A stretch of DNA of 63,975 nucleotides, counting the filler, from Chiloscyllium plagiosum (lineage: Eukaryota): NCBI RefSeq assembly GCF_004010195.1. It is 5 parts of one record of this genome, joined end to end, with 100 filler letters (N's around TTAATTAATTAA, not from the genome) between each part and the next. Parts side by side here need not be neighbours in the genome. Positions count along the whole stretch, not along the records: positions 21,515 to 46,309 come from NC_057712.1; positions 46,410 to 56,079 come from NC_057712.1; 3 more parts are not named here. One strand, written 5' to 3'. Positions 38,805 to 51,304 of the stretch are shown here, one piece after another. The translations under genes and the position numbers were made by a program. Positions within the stretch are counted from its first letter, which is position 1. Each line of letters starts with the position of its first letter. The notes beneath the pieces were generated by a model, which saw nothing but the letters and a program-made list of their open reading frames with translations, was not told the DNA's origin and made no database searches.

Positions 38805-39105
38805 GGCAGGAGTTCAAATCCTACTGCTGTCGCTGGAGAAATTAATTCCAGTTAATTAAATAAATCTGGAATAGAAAATGTCAGTAATGATATAGGATTG
38901 TTAGAAAAGCCCATCTGGTTCACTGATGTTCTTTAGAGAAGGAAATCTATACGCTTTACAAAAATATTTTGACTCTGTTCTCCTCTGAAATGTTGTGGTA
39001 TCAGTTACTATCAATAAAATTACTCAAAGCCATCTCCTTGGGAGCAATTAGGGATGGCAATAAATGCTGGCCTTGCTAAGATCCACATTCCCCTGAATGA
39101 ACAAT
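38805..39105 (+). mobile_element. tRNA-derived SINE with Meta-like core and second-LINE-family tail
   Basis: GAGTTCAAATCC B box; CCCATCTGGTTCACTGATGTTCTTTAGAGAAGGAAATCT core; GCAATTAGGGATGGCAATAAATGCTGGCC tail. Confidence 0.6.
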
Positions 39106-40004
39106 GCTAATTGATCAGTGAGGAAAGGTAGTGTCATGGCTGATGGCGGATTCCAGTTACTGTGACGCCTACTAATGGTGACTGCTTGGACACAAGTAGA
39201 AGTCATGAATTCTTTGTGCCTGGCGAAAACCTGCTTTGAGGATTATTGGGTTATACCTGAGTTTGTTTGGCACAAAGACGCAGCCTCAAACAGTACAGAA
39301 AAGCCCCTACTGATAAAAATGGACCAACTTTGTTAACAGCAATGCTGTCTTCACACCCAATTCTCATCATATTTTGCAGTGATAGTTCTCAACAAAATCA
39401 TCTTGCATTTATATGGCATCTCACTGGAGCATTAAAATTGTGAAATTGAATAATGCCGAAGGAGGGGCCCTGTTCAGGGCTCTGACCAACCCTCCTGCTC
39501 CTTCATCCAACCACCTCTTTCCCCTTGAAGCATTCATCCAATTCTTGTTTTTCTCCTTCTGTTTCCTATGTGTGGGCATTATTGGCAATGCCAGCATTTG
39601 TTGTCTGTAGCTAATTGCCTGCGACGTGAGTGGCAAGTCACCAGAGCAAACTTGACACTGACCCATTTAAATCACACAACACCAGGTTATAGTCCAACAG
39701 GTTTATTTGGAATCACTCGAGGTAATTCCAGGTAAGGTAAGGGACTAAAAGTTTAGTTGGAGGTGGAATTTAATTAAGGTCTTAAAAGAGGTGTATGACA
39801 AAGAGAGGTGGAGAGGTGTATAGAATTTCAGAACTGAATAGTATGCTCACCAATGATGGGCTAGAAAACTGGGGCTTGAATGAAAGGCCACAACAGGTGG
39901 AGAACAGAGCTCTTGAAGGTCACTCACAAAGCTGGCTCTCTCTCTTTGAGCTGGCAAGGGTACCATGAGAATTTAGTTTATTAGTTCATGGGATGTTGGC
40001 ATCA

Positions 40005-40900
40005 TAGAACATAGAACATAGAAAAATACAGCGCAGTACAGGCCCTTTGGCCCTCGATGTTGCACCGATCCAAGCCCATCTAACCTACACTAGCCCACTA
40101 TCCTCCATATGCCTATCCAATGCCCGTTTAAATGCCCATAAAGAGGGAGAGTCCACCACTGCTAGATGGGGTACTGGGCTAATGGTTGGATACTTGGTAG
40201 TGTGGATGAGCAGAGGGATCTTGGTGTCCATGTACACAGATCTCTGAAAGTTGCCACCCAGGTAAATAGTGCTGTGAAGAAGGCATATGGTGTACTGGCT
40301 TTTATTGGTAGAGGAATTGAGTTCCGGACCCCTGAGGTCATGTTGCAGTTGTATAAGACTCTGGTGCGGCCGCATCTGGAGTACTGTGTGCAGTTTTGGT
40401 CGCCATACTATAGGAAGGATGTGGAGGCACTGGAACGGGTGCAGAGGAGGTTTACCAGGATGTTGCCTGGTATGGTAGGAAGATCGTATGAGGAAAGGCT
40501 GAGGCACTTGGGGCTGTTTTCATTGGAGAAAAGAAGGTTTAGGGGTGACTTGATAGAGGTGTAAAAGATGATTAGGGGTTTAGATAGGGTCGACAGTGAG
40601 AATCTTTTTCCACGTATGGAGTCAGCTATTACAAGGGGGCATAGCTTTAAATTAAGGGGTGGTAGGTATAGGACAGATGTTAGGGGTAGGTTCTTTACTC
40701 AGCGAGTCGTGAGTTCATGGAATGCCCTGCCAGTAGCAGTGGTGGACTCTCCCTCTTTATGGGCATTTAAACGGGCATTGGATAGGCATATGGAGGATAG
40801 TGGGCTGGTGTAGGTTAGGTGGGCTTGGATCGGTGCAACATCGAGGGCCAAAGGGCCTGTACTGCGCTGTATTCTTCTATGTTCTATGTTCTATGTTCTA
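40005..40900 (+). mobile_element. Young CR1 3' fragment carrying an inverted copy of its own 3' end
   Basis: 40005-40164 is the near-perfect reverse complement of about 40733-40900; the host repeat GGCATCA/TCACTGGCTG resumes across it. Confidence 0.92.
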
Positions 40901-40959
40901 TCACTGGCTGAGTTCAGCATTTATTACCCGTCCCTAGTTGCCCCCTGAGAAGGTGCTTA

Positions 40960-41180
40960 TTTATTGCCCATCCCCAATTGCCCAGAGGGCAGTTCAGAGT
41001 CAATCACACTGCTGTGGGACTGAAGTCACTCAGTAAGGATAGCAGATTTAATTCTCTAAACCGCGCTAGTGAATCAGATATCATCCTTCGACTATAATTT
41101 TATTCCAGTCTTTTTTATTATTGAGTCCAAATTTCATCATTAGATATGGTGGGATTTGAACCCATATCTCTGAGCATCAG
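40960..41180 (-). mobile_element. Meta-like SINE remnant
   Basis: Minus-strand GGGTTCAAATCCC B box, degenerate core and shared LINE tail. Confidence 0.5.
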
Positions 41181-41184
41181 TCAG

Positions 41185-41640
41185 AGAGTCACACAGGATG
41201 GAAAAAGACCTTGCAATCCAATTCGTCCATGCTAACCAAGTTTCCCAAACTAAACTACTCCCATTTACCTGCACATGGCCTGTGTCTCTCGAAACGGTTC
41301 CTGTTCATCTACCTACCCAAATGCCTTTTAAATGTAGTAACTGTACCTGCATCTAATCCGGAGTTTACTCCACACACCAACCACTCTCTATGTGAAAAGG
41401 TTGTTCCTCAGGTCCCTTTTAACACTTTTCCTTCTCACCTTAAAATATGCCCTCAAGTTTCGAACTCCCTTACCCTGAGAAAAAGACTTTGCCTATTTAC
41501 CCTATCTATGTCCCCCAGGATTTTATAAACCTCTATGAGGTCACCCGTCAGCCTCCTAACACTCCGGTGAAAACAGTCCAAGCCTATCCAGTGTCTCCTT
41601 ATAACTCAAATCTCCAATGCCTGTAAATCTTTTCTGAACC
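41185..41640 (-). mobile_element. Decayed CR1 3' fragment
   Basis: GDLIEVYKIL...DRVN...FFTQRVVGVW on minus. Confidence 0.75.
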
Positions 41641-41644
41641 ATTT

Positions 41645-42160
41645 CTTAATTGTTCATGGGATGTGGGTGTCACTGGCTAAGTTCAGCATTTATTACCAGT
41701 CCCTATTTGCCCCTGGAGAAGGTGGGGATGAGCTGCCTACTTGACTCACTGCAGTCCGTGGGCTGTGGGTAGACCCATAATGACTTAGGGAGGGAATTTC
41801 AGGATTTTAACCCAATGACACTGAAGGAACAGGGATATTTTTCCAAGTCAGGATGGGGAGTGGCTTGGAGGGGAACTTGTAGAGAGTGGTGTTCCCTGTA
41901 TCTGCTGCCCTCGTAATGTGTTTGCAAGGTGTTGTTTAAGGATCTTTGGTGAATTTCTGCAGTGTGTCTGTATTACTATAACATTGCTATGAAACCCTTA
42001 TCTCTCCACATTGCCCATCCTTAGTTGCCCCGTTGAGCAGATGGTGGTGAGCTGCTATCTTGAACTGCTGCATGTGGTTAGAACCACAGTACCCTTTAGG
42101 GAGGAAATTCCAGTCATACAGTACCCAGCAGTGTTGACCCAGCCACAATAAAGGCTGGTG
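41645..42160 (-). mobile_element. Second LINE family 3' ends (two pieces)
   Basis: Homologous to 15800-16130. Confidence 0.7.
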
Positions 42161-42189
42161 ATGCATTTACAAATCAGAACAGTGACTTC

Positions 42190-45100
42190 GGAGACCCAGA
42201 GTCACACTGGACAATCCCTGAGACCCAGAGTCACACTGGACAATCCCCGAGACCCAGAGTCACACTGGACAATCCCCGAGACCCAGAGGCACACAGGACA
42301 ATCCCCGAGACCCAGAGTCACACTGGACAATCCCCGAGACCCAGAGTCACACTGGACAATCCCCGAGACCCAGAGGCACACAGGACAATCCCCGAGACCC
42401 AGAGCAGCACTGGGCAATCCCTGAGACCCAGAGTCACACTGGACAATCCCTGAGACCCAGAGTCACACAGGACAATCCCCGAGACCCAGAGCAGCACTGG
42501 ACAATCCCCGAGACCCAGAGTCACACAGGACAATCCCCGAGACCCAGAGCAGCACTGGACAATCCCCGAGACCCAGAGTAACACTGGACAATCCCCGAGA
42601 CCCAGAATCACACTGGACAATCCCCGAGACCAGAGCAGCACTGGGCAATCCCTGAGACCCAGAGTCACACTGGACAATCCCTGAGACCCAGAGTCACACA
42701 GGACAATCCCCGAGACCCAGAGCAGCACTGGGCAATCCCTGAGACCCAGAGACACACTGGACAATCCCTGAGACCCAGAGTCACACAGGACAATCCCCGA
42801 GACCCAGAGCAGCACTGGACAATCCCCCTGATCCAGAGTCACACTGGGCAATCCCTGAGACCCAGAGTCACACTGGACAATCCCTGAGACCCAGAGTCAC
42901 ACAGGACAATCCCCGAGACCCAGACCAGCACTGGGCAATCCCTGAGACCCAGAGTCACACTGGACAATCCCCGAGACCCAGAGCAGCACTGGACAATCCC
43001 CCTGATCCAGAGTCACACTGGGCAATCCCTGAGACCCAGAGTCACACTGGACAATCCCTGAGACCCAGAGTCACACAGGACAATCCCCGAGACCCAGACC
43101 AGCACTGGACAATCCCCGAGACCCAGAGTCACACTGGACAATTCCCGAGACCCAGAGCAGCACTGGGCAATCCCTGAGACCCAGAGTCACACTGGACAAT
43201 CCCCGAGACCCAGAGTCAAACAGGACAATCCCCGAGACCCCGAGCAGCACTGGACAATCCCCGTGATCCAGAGTCACACTGGACAATCCCTGAGACCCAG
43301 AGCAGTACTGGACAATCCCCGAGACCCAGGGTCACACTGGACAATCCCCGTGATCCAGAGTCACACAGGACAATCCCTGAGACCCAGAGTCACACTGGAC
43401 AATCCCCGTGATCCAGAGTCACACTGGACAATCCTTGAGACCCAGAGTCACGCTGGACAATCCTTGAGACCCAGAGTCACACTGGACAATCCTTGAGACC
43501 CAGAGTCACGCTGGACAATCCCCGAGACCCAGAGTCACACTGGACAATCCTTGAGACCCAGAGTCACACTGGACAATCCCCGTGATCCAGAGTCACGCTG
43601 GACAATCCCCGAGACCCAGAGTCACACTGGACAATCCCAGAGACCCAGAGTCACACTAGGCAATCCCCGAGACCCAGAGTAGCACTGGACTAGCCCCGAG
43701 ACCCAATGCAGCACTGCACAATCCCCAAGACCCAGAGCAGCACTGGGCAATCCCTGAGACCCAGAGTCACACTGGACAATCCCCAAGACCCAGAGTCACA
43801 CAGGACAATCCCCAAGACCCAGAGTCACACTGGACAATCCCCAAGACCCAGAGCAGCATTGGACATTGCTTGAAACCCAGGGCCACACTGGATAGTCCCT
43901 GAGACCCAGAGTAACACTGGACAATCCCCAAGACCCAGAGTCACACTGGACAATCCCCAAGACCAAGAGTCACACTGGACAATCTCCGAGACCCAGAGTA
44001 ACACTGGACAATCCCTGAGACCCAGAGTCACACTGGACAATCCCCAAGACCCAGGGTCACAGTGGACAATCTCTGAGACCCAGAGTCACACTGGACAATC
44101 CCTGAGACCCAGAGTCACACTGGACAATCCCTGAGACGCAGAGCAGCACTGGACAATCCCCAAGACCCAGAGTCACACTGGACAATCCCCAAGACCAAGA
44201 GTCACACTGGACAATCTCCGAGACCCAGAGTAACACTGGACAATTCCCAAGACCCAGAGTCACACTGGACAATCTCCGAGACCCAGAGTAACACTGGACA
44301 ATCCCTGAGACCCAGAGTCACACTGGACAATCCCCAAGACCCAGGGTCACAGTGGACAATCTCTGAGACCCAGTGTCACACTGGACAATCCCTGAGACCC
44401 AGAGTCACAGTGGGCAATCCCTGAGACCCAGAGTCACACTGGGCAATCCCTGAGACCCAGAGTCACACTGGGCAATCCCCGAGACCCAGAGTCACACTGG
44501 ACAATCCCTGAGACGCAGAGCAGCACTGGACAATCCCTGAGACCCAGAGTCACACTGGACAATCCCCGAGACCCAGAGTCACACTGGGCAATCCCCGAGA
44601 CCCAGAGTAGCACTGGACTAGCCCCGAGACCCAACGCAGCACTGGACAATCCCCAAGACCCAGAGTCACACTGGACAATCCCCAAGACCCAGAGCAGCAC
44701 TGGACAATCCCCGAGACCCAGAGTCACACAGGACAATCCCCGAGACCCAAAATCACACTGGACAATCCCCGAGACCCAGAGTGACACTGGACAATCCCCG
44801 TGATCCAGAGTCACACTGGACAATCCCCGAGAACCAGAGTATTACTGGACAATCCCTGAGACCCAGAGCAGCACTGGACAATCCCCGAGACCCAGAGTCA
44901 CACAGGACAATCCCCGAGACCCAAAATCACACTGGACAATCCCCGAGACCCAGAGTCACACTGGACAATCCCTGAGACACAGAGCAGCACTGGACAATTC
45001 CTGAGACCCAGAGTCACACTGGGCAATCCCCGAGTCCCAGAATCACACTGGACAATCTCTGAGACCCAGAGTCACACTGGACAATTCCCGAAACCCAGAG

Positions 45101-45285
45101 TCACACTGGACAATCCCCGAGACCCAGAGTCACACTGGACAATCCCCGTGATCCAGAGTCACACTGGACAATCCCCGAGAACCAGAGTATTACTGGACAA
45201 TCCCTGAGACCCAGAGCAGCACTGGACAATCCCTGAGACCCAGGGCCCCATTGGACAATCCCTGAGACCCAGAGCAGCACTGGAC
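42190..45285. repeat. 29-bp satellite GAGACCCAGAGTCACACTGGACAATCCCC, about 105 copies
   Basis: Direct reading; GTCACAC and GCAGCAC variant units interspersed. Confidence 0.97.
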
Positions 45286-45467
45286 CATCAAAGCTCAGCA
45301 CAGGCTCTTCCATTCCCCATCAGAGGTAAATTCCCTTTCACATTCGATGCTGATATACTGGTTATGGTTTAGAGCTGATGCTCTGGTTCTGTCTCTCTTA
45401 CACATAAGGATGACCTTGCTCTGACTGGTTGTTTCTGAGGGGCATTGCTGCCCAATGTTGGACTCAC

Positions 45468-45531
45468 CGGAAGATCCAAACTCAGAGATTAACCCCATGT
45501 CCCAATTTCCCCAGCCCCTTTGAGGCTGTAC
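45468..45531 (-). CDS. Candidate short minus-strand exon
   Basis: CCG|GTGAGT donor, CAG acceptor, VQPQRGWGNWDMGLISEFGSS; phase-1 end is compatible with 35445-35644. Confidence 0.18.
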
Positions 45532-46017
45532 CTGTATTGGGTTAACACAACCAAACCTTGTTTGCAGTGCCAATAAACCAAGAAGATTTACTTCATATAA
45601 AGCAGTGATTGAATCAGACATCACTTTCATGGATGTTAGTGACAATTTCACAGCTGAGGGAAGTGCTAATTAATTGAAGTGAAAATGGAGAGTAAAGGGA
45701 AATGGTTAATTGTCACTTAACAGCAAGAGAAATCTTGTGTTGGTTTCAACTCCAAGTAATATTACTGGAGAGATTTTACTTTGCATGTACACAGAGATGT
45801 ACAATCTCAGGGCATCACAACAAACTTGATAATCAAAGAAGTCATTCTGTTAAACTATCGAGAGAAGCAGCTACAAACCGAGGTACAGCAATCTCCCACA
45901 GTCACCTGCGAGATAACAAACTGAAAATCCAAGTTAATGACAACTGGCTGGAAAAAAAACGCCTTGAAGTAGTTTGTTACCACTTGGGAGGAACCAAGAT
46001 CTAGCACCAAAATATCA

Positions 46018-46125
46018 CGCTGACCTCCGACAATGCGGCACACCCTCAGGACTGACCCTCCGACAGTGCGGCACTTCATCGGTACTGAGCCTTTGACAGT
46101 GCGGCACACACACAGGACTGACCGT
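46018..46125. repeat. ~32-bp degenerate tandem repeat ACTGACCCTCCGACAGTGCGGCAC..., about 3 copies
   Basis: Direct reading. Confidence 0.8.
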
Positions 46126-46204
46126 CCCTCTAAAGAGCATCCCGTTAGTTCGATTAATGAGGCGAAAGAAAGGTAAGTCCCCTGGCATTAATGGCTTGTA
46201 CATA

Positions 46205-46590
46205 ACCACTCACCTACCCTATCCCTGAAACCCTCCATTTCCCCCCGGCTAACCCACTCACCTACCTATCCCTGAAACCCTCCATTTCCCCCGGCTAACC
46301 CACTCACCTNNNNNNNNNNNNNNNNNNNNNNNNNNNNNNNNNNNNNNNNNNNNTTAATTAATTAANNNNNNNNNNNNNNNNNNNNNNNNNNNNNNNNNNN
46401 NNNNNNNNNCCACCTACCCTATCCCTGTAACCCTTCATTTCCCCTGGCTAACCCACCCACTTCCCCTATCCCTGTAACCCTCCATTTCCCCTGGCTAACC
46501 CACCCACCTCCCCTATCCCTGTAACCCTCCATTTCCCCTGGCCAACCCACCCACCTACCCTATCCCTGTAAGCCTGCATTACCCATGGAT
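46205..46590. repeat. ~47-bp tandem repeat CACCTACCCTATCCCTGTAACCCTCCATTTCCCCTGGCTAACCCACC spanning a gap
   Basis: Units present on both sides of the gap at 46310-46409. Confidence 0.9.
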
Positions 46591-47610
46591 CTTAAAAAAG
46601 GGACTTACAGATATAATGAGTGCATTGGTTGTAATTATGCAAATATATGTGGATTTTTGAGAAGTAATGGAGGATTGGAAAATGTGACAGGCTATTCAGA
46701 AAAGCAGGAAGGCTAAAAGTATTGGCCAATTAGCCTGACATCTATTGTTGGAAAGATATTGGAATCAATTATTAAGGAAGTAATAGCAGAACGTTTGGAA
46801 ATTCATAATCGAATCAAGCAGTGTCATCGTGGCCTCCTGAAAGGGAAATTACGTCTGACCCATTTATTAGAGTTTTTCAAGGAAGTCTCAAGCACAGTGG
46901 ATACAGGGGAGCCAGCATATGTGTTGGAATAGGGATTCCATTTGGTGTTAAACTAGACAGCTCAGAGAAAAATTAAGTTGTAAGATGATGTTGGAGGTAG
47001 TGTATTGGTGTGAACAGAGAGTTGGGCAGGAAACAGTGAGTGGGGATAAGAGGATCTTTTTTGGGTTGGTGACCTGTAACCAGTGGGTTCCACAGGGATC
47101 AGTGCTGGGACCACAACTATTCACAATCTATATTAATGACTGGGAGGAAGAGAGAGAATGGAATATAGCCAGATGTACACACAGCAGATGAATGACAGGT
47201 AAGACATGTTGTGAGAGGGCGACACACGGTATGCAGAGAGATATTAACAGGTTAAGTAAGAGGGAAAAAGTTGGCAGCTGGTGCATAATGTAAATGTGTG
47301 AAGTGGGAAAGCAGGAAGGTGATAATTTTGGAAAGGAGAACAAAAGAACACAGAATTGTTAAATGCAGAGAAACTGCAGAAAGCTACAACAAAAAGGGAC
47401 TTGGGGGGGACTTGTGCATGAAACACAGAAAGCTAGCACCCAGGTACAGCAGGTAATCAGGAAGGGCTAATGGAATGTTGGCCCTTATTTTAAGGGGGGG
47501 GGGTTGGGCTATGAGGGACGTTTTACTGCAACTGTCCATCTAACTGCAACTGTACAGGGTGCTGGGGAGACCACATCTGGAGCACTTTGGTCTCCTTATT
47601 TAAGAAAATA
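46590..47610 (+). mobile_element. Decayed CR1 RT fragment
   Basis: [18 protein letters not shown] and related motifs. Confidence 0.8.
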
Positions 47611-47612
47611 TA

Positions 47613-49245
47613 TAGAACATAAAACATAGAACATTACAGCATAGCACAGGCCCTTCAGCCCTCGATGTTGCGCCGACCTGTGGAACCAATCTGAAGCCTA
47701 TCTATCCTAATCTATTCCATTTTTATTCATATATTTATCCAATGACCATTTAAGTGCCCTTAAAGTTGGCAAGTCCAGTACTGTTGCAGGCAATGCGTTC
47801 CATGGCTTTATTACTCTCTGAGTACCTCTGACATCTGTCCTACATCTATCACCCCTCAATTTAAAGCTATGTCCCCTCGTGCTATCCATCACCATCCGAG
47901 GAAAAAGGCTCTCCCTGTCCACCCTGTCTAACCCTCTGATTATCTTATTTATCTCAATTAAATCACCTCTCAACCTTCTCCTCTCTAATGAAAACAGCCT
48001 CAAGTCCCTCTGCCTTTCCTCATAAGACCTTCCCTCCATACCAAACAACACCACAGTAAATCTCCTCTGAACCCTCAATGTTTCCACATCCTTCCTATAA
48101 TATGGTGACCAGAATTGTACGCGATAATCAAAGTGCAGCTGCACTAGAGTTTTGTACAGCTGCAGTATGATCTCATGTCTCCAAAACTCAGTCATAGAGT
48201 CATAGAGATGTACAGCATGGAAACAGACCCTTCAGTCCAACTCGTCCATGCCGACCAGATATCCCAACCCAATCTAGTCCAACCTGCCAGCACCCGGTCC
48301 ATATCCCTCCAAACCCTTCCTATTCATATACCCATCCAAATGCCTCTTAAATGTTGCAATTGTACCAGCCTCNNNNNNNNNNNNNNNNNNNNNNNNNNNN
48401 NNNNNNNNNNNNNNNNNNNNNNNNNNNNNNNNNNNNNNNNNNNNNNNNNNNNNNNNNNNNNNNNNNNNNNNNNNNNNNNNNNNNNNNNNNNNNNNNNNNN
48501 NNNNNNNNNNNNNNNNNNNNNNNNNNNNNNNNNNNNNNNNNNNNNNNNNNCTAACCAATGTCCTGTACAGCCGCAACATGACCTCCCAACTCCTGTACTC
48601 AATACTCTGACTGATAAGGGAAAGTATACCAAATGCCTTCTTCATTATCCTATCTACCTGCGACTCCACTTTCAAGGAGCTATGAACCTGCACACCAAGG
48701 TCTCTTTATTCAGCAACACTCCCCAGGACCTTACCATTAAGTGTATACTTCCTGATAAGATTTGCTTTCCCAAAATGCAGTACCTCACATTTATCTAAAT
48801 TAAACTCCATCTGCCACTTCTCAGCCCATTGGCCCATCTGGTCAAGATCCCGTTGTAATATGAGGTAACCTTCTTCGCTGTCCACTACACCTCCAATTTT
48901 GGTGTCACCTGCAAACTTACTAACTATACCTCTTATGCTCACATTCAAATCATTTATATAAATGATGAAAAGTAGTGGACCCAGCACTGATCCTTGTGGC
49001 ACTCCACTGGTCACAGATCTCCAGTCTGAAAAACCAGTTCCCTCTACCAATGAAAGCTAACACACCATATGCCTTCTTAATAACCCTATCAACCTGGCTG
49101 GGATCTATGTACATAAACTCTGAGATCGCTCTGCTCATCTACACTGCCAAGAATCTTACCATTAGCCCAGTACTCTTCATTCCTGTTATTCCTTCCAAAG
49201 TGAATGACCTCACACTTTTCCACATTAAACTCCATTTGCCACCTC
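47613..49245 (-). mobile_element. Stack of three minus-strand CR1 3' fragments (47613-48190, 48191-49035, 49036-49245)
   Basis: ORFs 47707-48195 and 48706-49050 carry CR1 RT motifs (FAGDTKIGG); separate tails (CATAGAA)n and (CATAGAGT)n. Confidence 0.88.
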
Positions 49246-49259
49246 TTAGTATATTATTT

Positions 49260-49635
49260 CATTGGAGGCAGTTCAGACAGGTTCACTAGGGTGGTCCCTG
49301 GGATGGAGGGATTGTCTTATAACCAAAGATTGTACAGGTTGGGACTCTACTCCCTGGAGTTTAGAGGAATGAGAGGTGACCTCACTGAAACATATCAGAT
49401 TCTTAATAGCCTTAATGGGGTCAATGCTGACAGGATATTCCCCTAATGGGAGGGTCTAGGACCAGGGGGCACAGTCTCAGGATAAAGGGTCATCAATTTA
49501 AGATGGAGATAAGGAGGGATTTCTTCCCTCAGAGGGGATGTGGCTCTTTGGAACTTGCTACGGAGAGCTGTGAGGGCAGAGTCCCTGTGTTTATTTGAGG
49601 CTGAGATCGAGAGATTCTTGGGGTTATGGGGAAAG
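49260..49635 (+). mobile_element. CR1 3' fragment
   Basis: RFTRVVPGMEGLSY...RGDLTETYQIL. Confidence 0.78.
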
Positions 49636-49637
49636 AT

Positions 49638-49732
49638 CTGAAAAATGTGTCGCTGGAAAAGCGCAGCAGGTCAGGCAGCATCCAAGGAGCAGGAGAATCG
49701 ACGTTTCAGGCATAAGCCCTTCTTCAGGAATC
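49638..49732 (-). mobile_element. PLE family A terminal fragment with hammerhead-like core (49700-49727)
   Basis: CUGAAGA-A-GGGC-UUAU-GCCU-GAAACGUC on minus. Confidence 0.75.
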
Positions 49733-49769
49733 CTATTGAATGATAGAGCAGCCTTGAAGGGCTGAATGG

Positions 49770-49950
49770 CCTACTGCAAACTTACTAACTGTACCTCTTA
49801 TGCTCACATCCAAATCATTTATATAAATGATGAAAAGTAGAGGACCCAGCACCGATCCTTGTGGCACTCCACTGGTCACAGGCCTCCAGTCTGAAAAACA
49901 ACCCTCCACTGTCACCCTCTGTCAACCATCAAACCAGTTCTGTATCCAAA
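49770..49950 (-). mobile_element. CR1 RT fragment
   Basis: [21 protein letters not shown]; near-duplicate of 48910-49035. Confidence 0.85.
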
Positions 49951-50620
49951 TGTGAATTGTGAACAAAAGAGTTTTATCCAAACATGTTAAATATTTGTTC
50001 AGTATTAAAGATCAGTGTGATTCACAAGACAGCCTGAATGTTTTATCTGTATCTCCATTCAGTGCTGTAGGTGGCAGTGCAGTCCATTGGTTCAGTTCCA
50101 AAGGCGAGAAACTGCGACACTTGTGTCTTCCTCAGTTCATTTGAAAATAAAATATGCAAAGAAGTGGTTATTTGTCTCATTAAAAACATGACACAAAGCT
50201 ATCCTGAGCTTTTAATGTTCTCTTGACCCCTCATGGATAGCACTGGGATGCAAGCCTCCAAACCTTAAGAAACTCCATGAGAACAAACTAAAGATAATTC
50301 ATCTCTTCACAGCTTCTGTCTCTGAAACATATTCACTGCCAGTTGTGTTTTCTGTTCTTTCCGTTCCTGCAATTTGCAGCATAACAAGCTGTCAAACTGC
50401 AACAGTGAGGTGTTAGTGTATGAAATCATTGCTAGCCCAAAGGTCCTTGAGAATGAATTCATTGGCTAATTGCATGATTTAATTGGAGTTTGTATCTCAT
50501 GTACATTTCTCACACCTCCCGCTTGTTCTGTGTGCTGCCTGATTAGAGTGTTGTGATTCCAGCTTGGTTCAAGCCTGTGTGTGTGTTTCTGACAGTGATT
50601 AAAGTGCCTCAGTGTAGAAT

Positions 50621-51304
50621 TTCCGCCACCTCCAAACAGAGACATTTCCGCCACCTCCAAACAGACCCCACCACCAGGGATATATTTCCCTCCCCAACCC
50701 TTTCCATCTTCCACAAAGACCGTTCCCTCCATGACTACCTGGTCAGGTCCACGCCCCCCTTCAACCCACCCTCCCATCCTGGTACCTATCCCTGCCACCG
50801 CAGGAATTGCAAAACCTGCGCCCACACCTCCTCTCTCACCTCCATCCAATGCCCTAATGGAGCCTTCCACATCCATCAAAGTTTTACCTGCACATCCACC
50901 AATATCATTTATTGTATCTGTTGCCCCCGATGCAGTCTCCTCTACATTGGGGAGACTGGGCGCCTCCTAGCAGAGCGCTTTAGGGAACATCTCCGGGACA
51001 CCCGCACCAATCAACCACACCGCCTTGTGGCCCAACATTTCAACTCCCCCTCCCACTCTGCCGCGGACATGGAGGTCCTGGGCCTCCTTCACCACCGCTC
51101 CCTCACCGCTACTTTCTCCCCACCCCCACCCTCCTCTCACTTATCTCTCCACCCTTCAGGCTCTCTGCCTGTATTCCTGATGAAGGGCTTTTGCCCGAAA
51201 CGTCGATTTTCCTGCTCCTCAGATGCTGCCTGAACTGCTGTGCTCTTCCAGCACCACTAATCCAGAATCTGGTTTCCAGCATCTGCAGTCATTGTTTTTA
51301 CCTA
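50621..51304 (+). mobile_element. Penelope-like 3' fragment, family A (GIY-YIG + terminal repeat), 7-bp TSD
   Basis: CKTC...NIIYCICCPRCSLLYIGETGRLLAERFREH...VAQHFN; TSD GTAGAAT at 50614-50620 and 51305-51311. Confidence 0.92.
51177..51204 (+). ncRNA. Minimal hammerhead ribozyme-like motif (family A), intact core
   Basis: CUGAUGA-A-GGGC-UUUU-GCCC-GAAACGUC. Confidence 0.7.

Noticed and set aside
42190..45285. CRISPR-like appearance of the 27-47 bp repeats
   Set aside because: Head-to-tail units with no unique spacers, no cas genes, eukaryotic context
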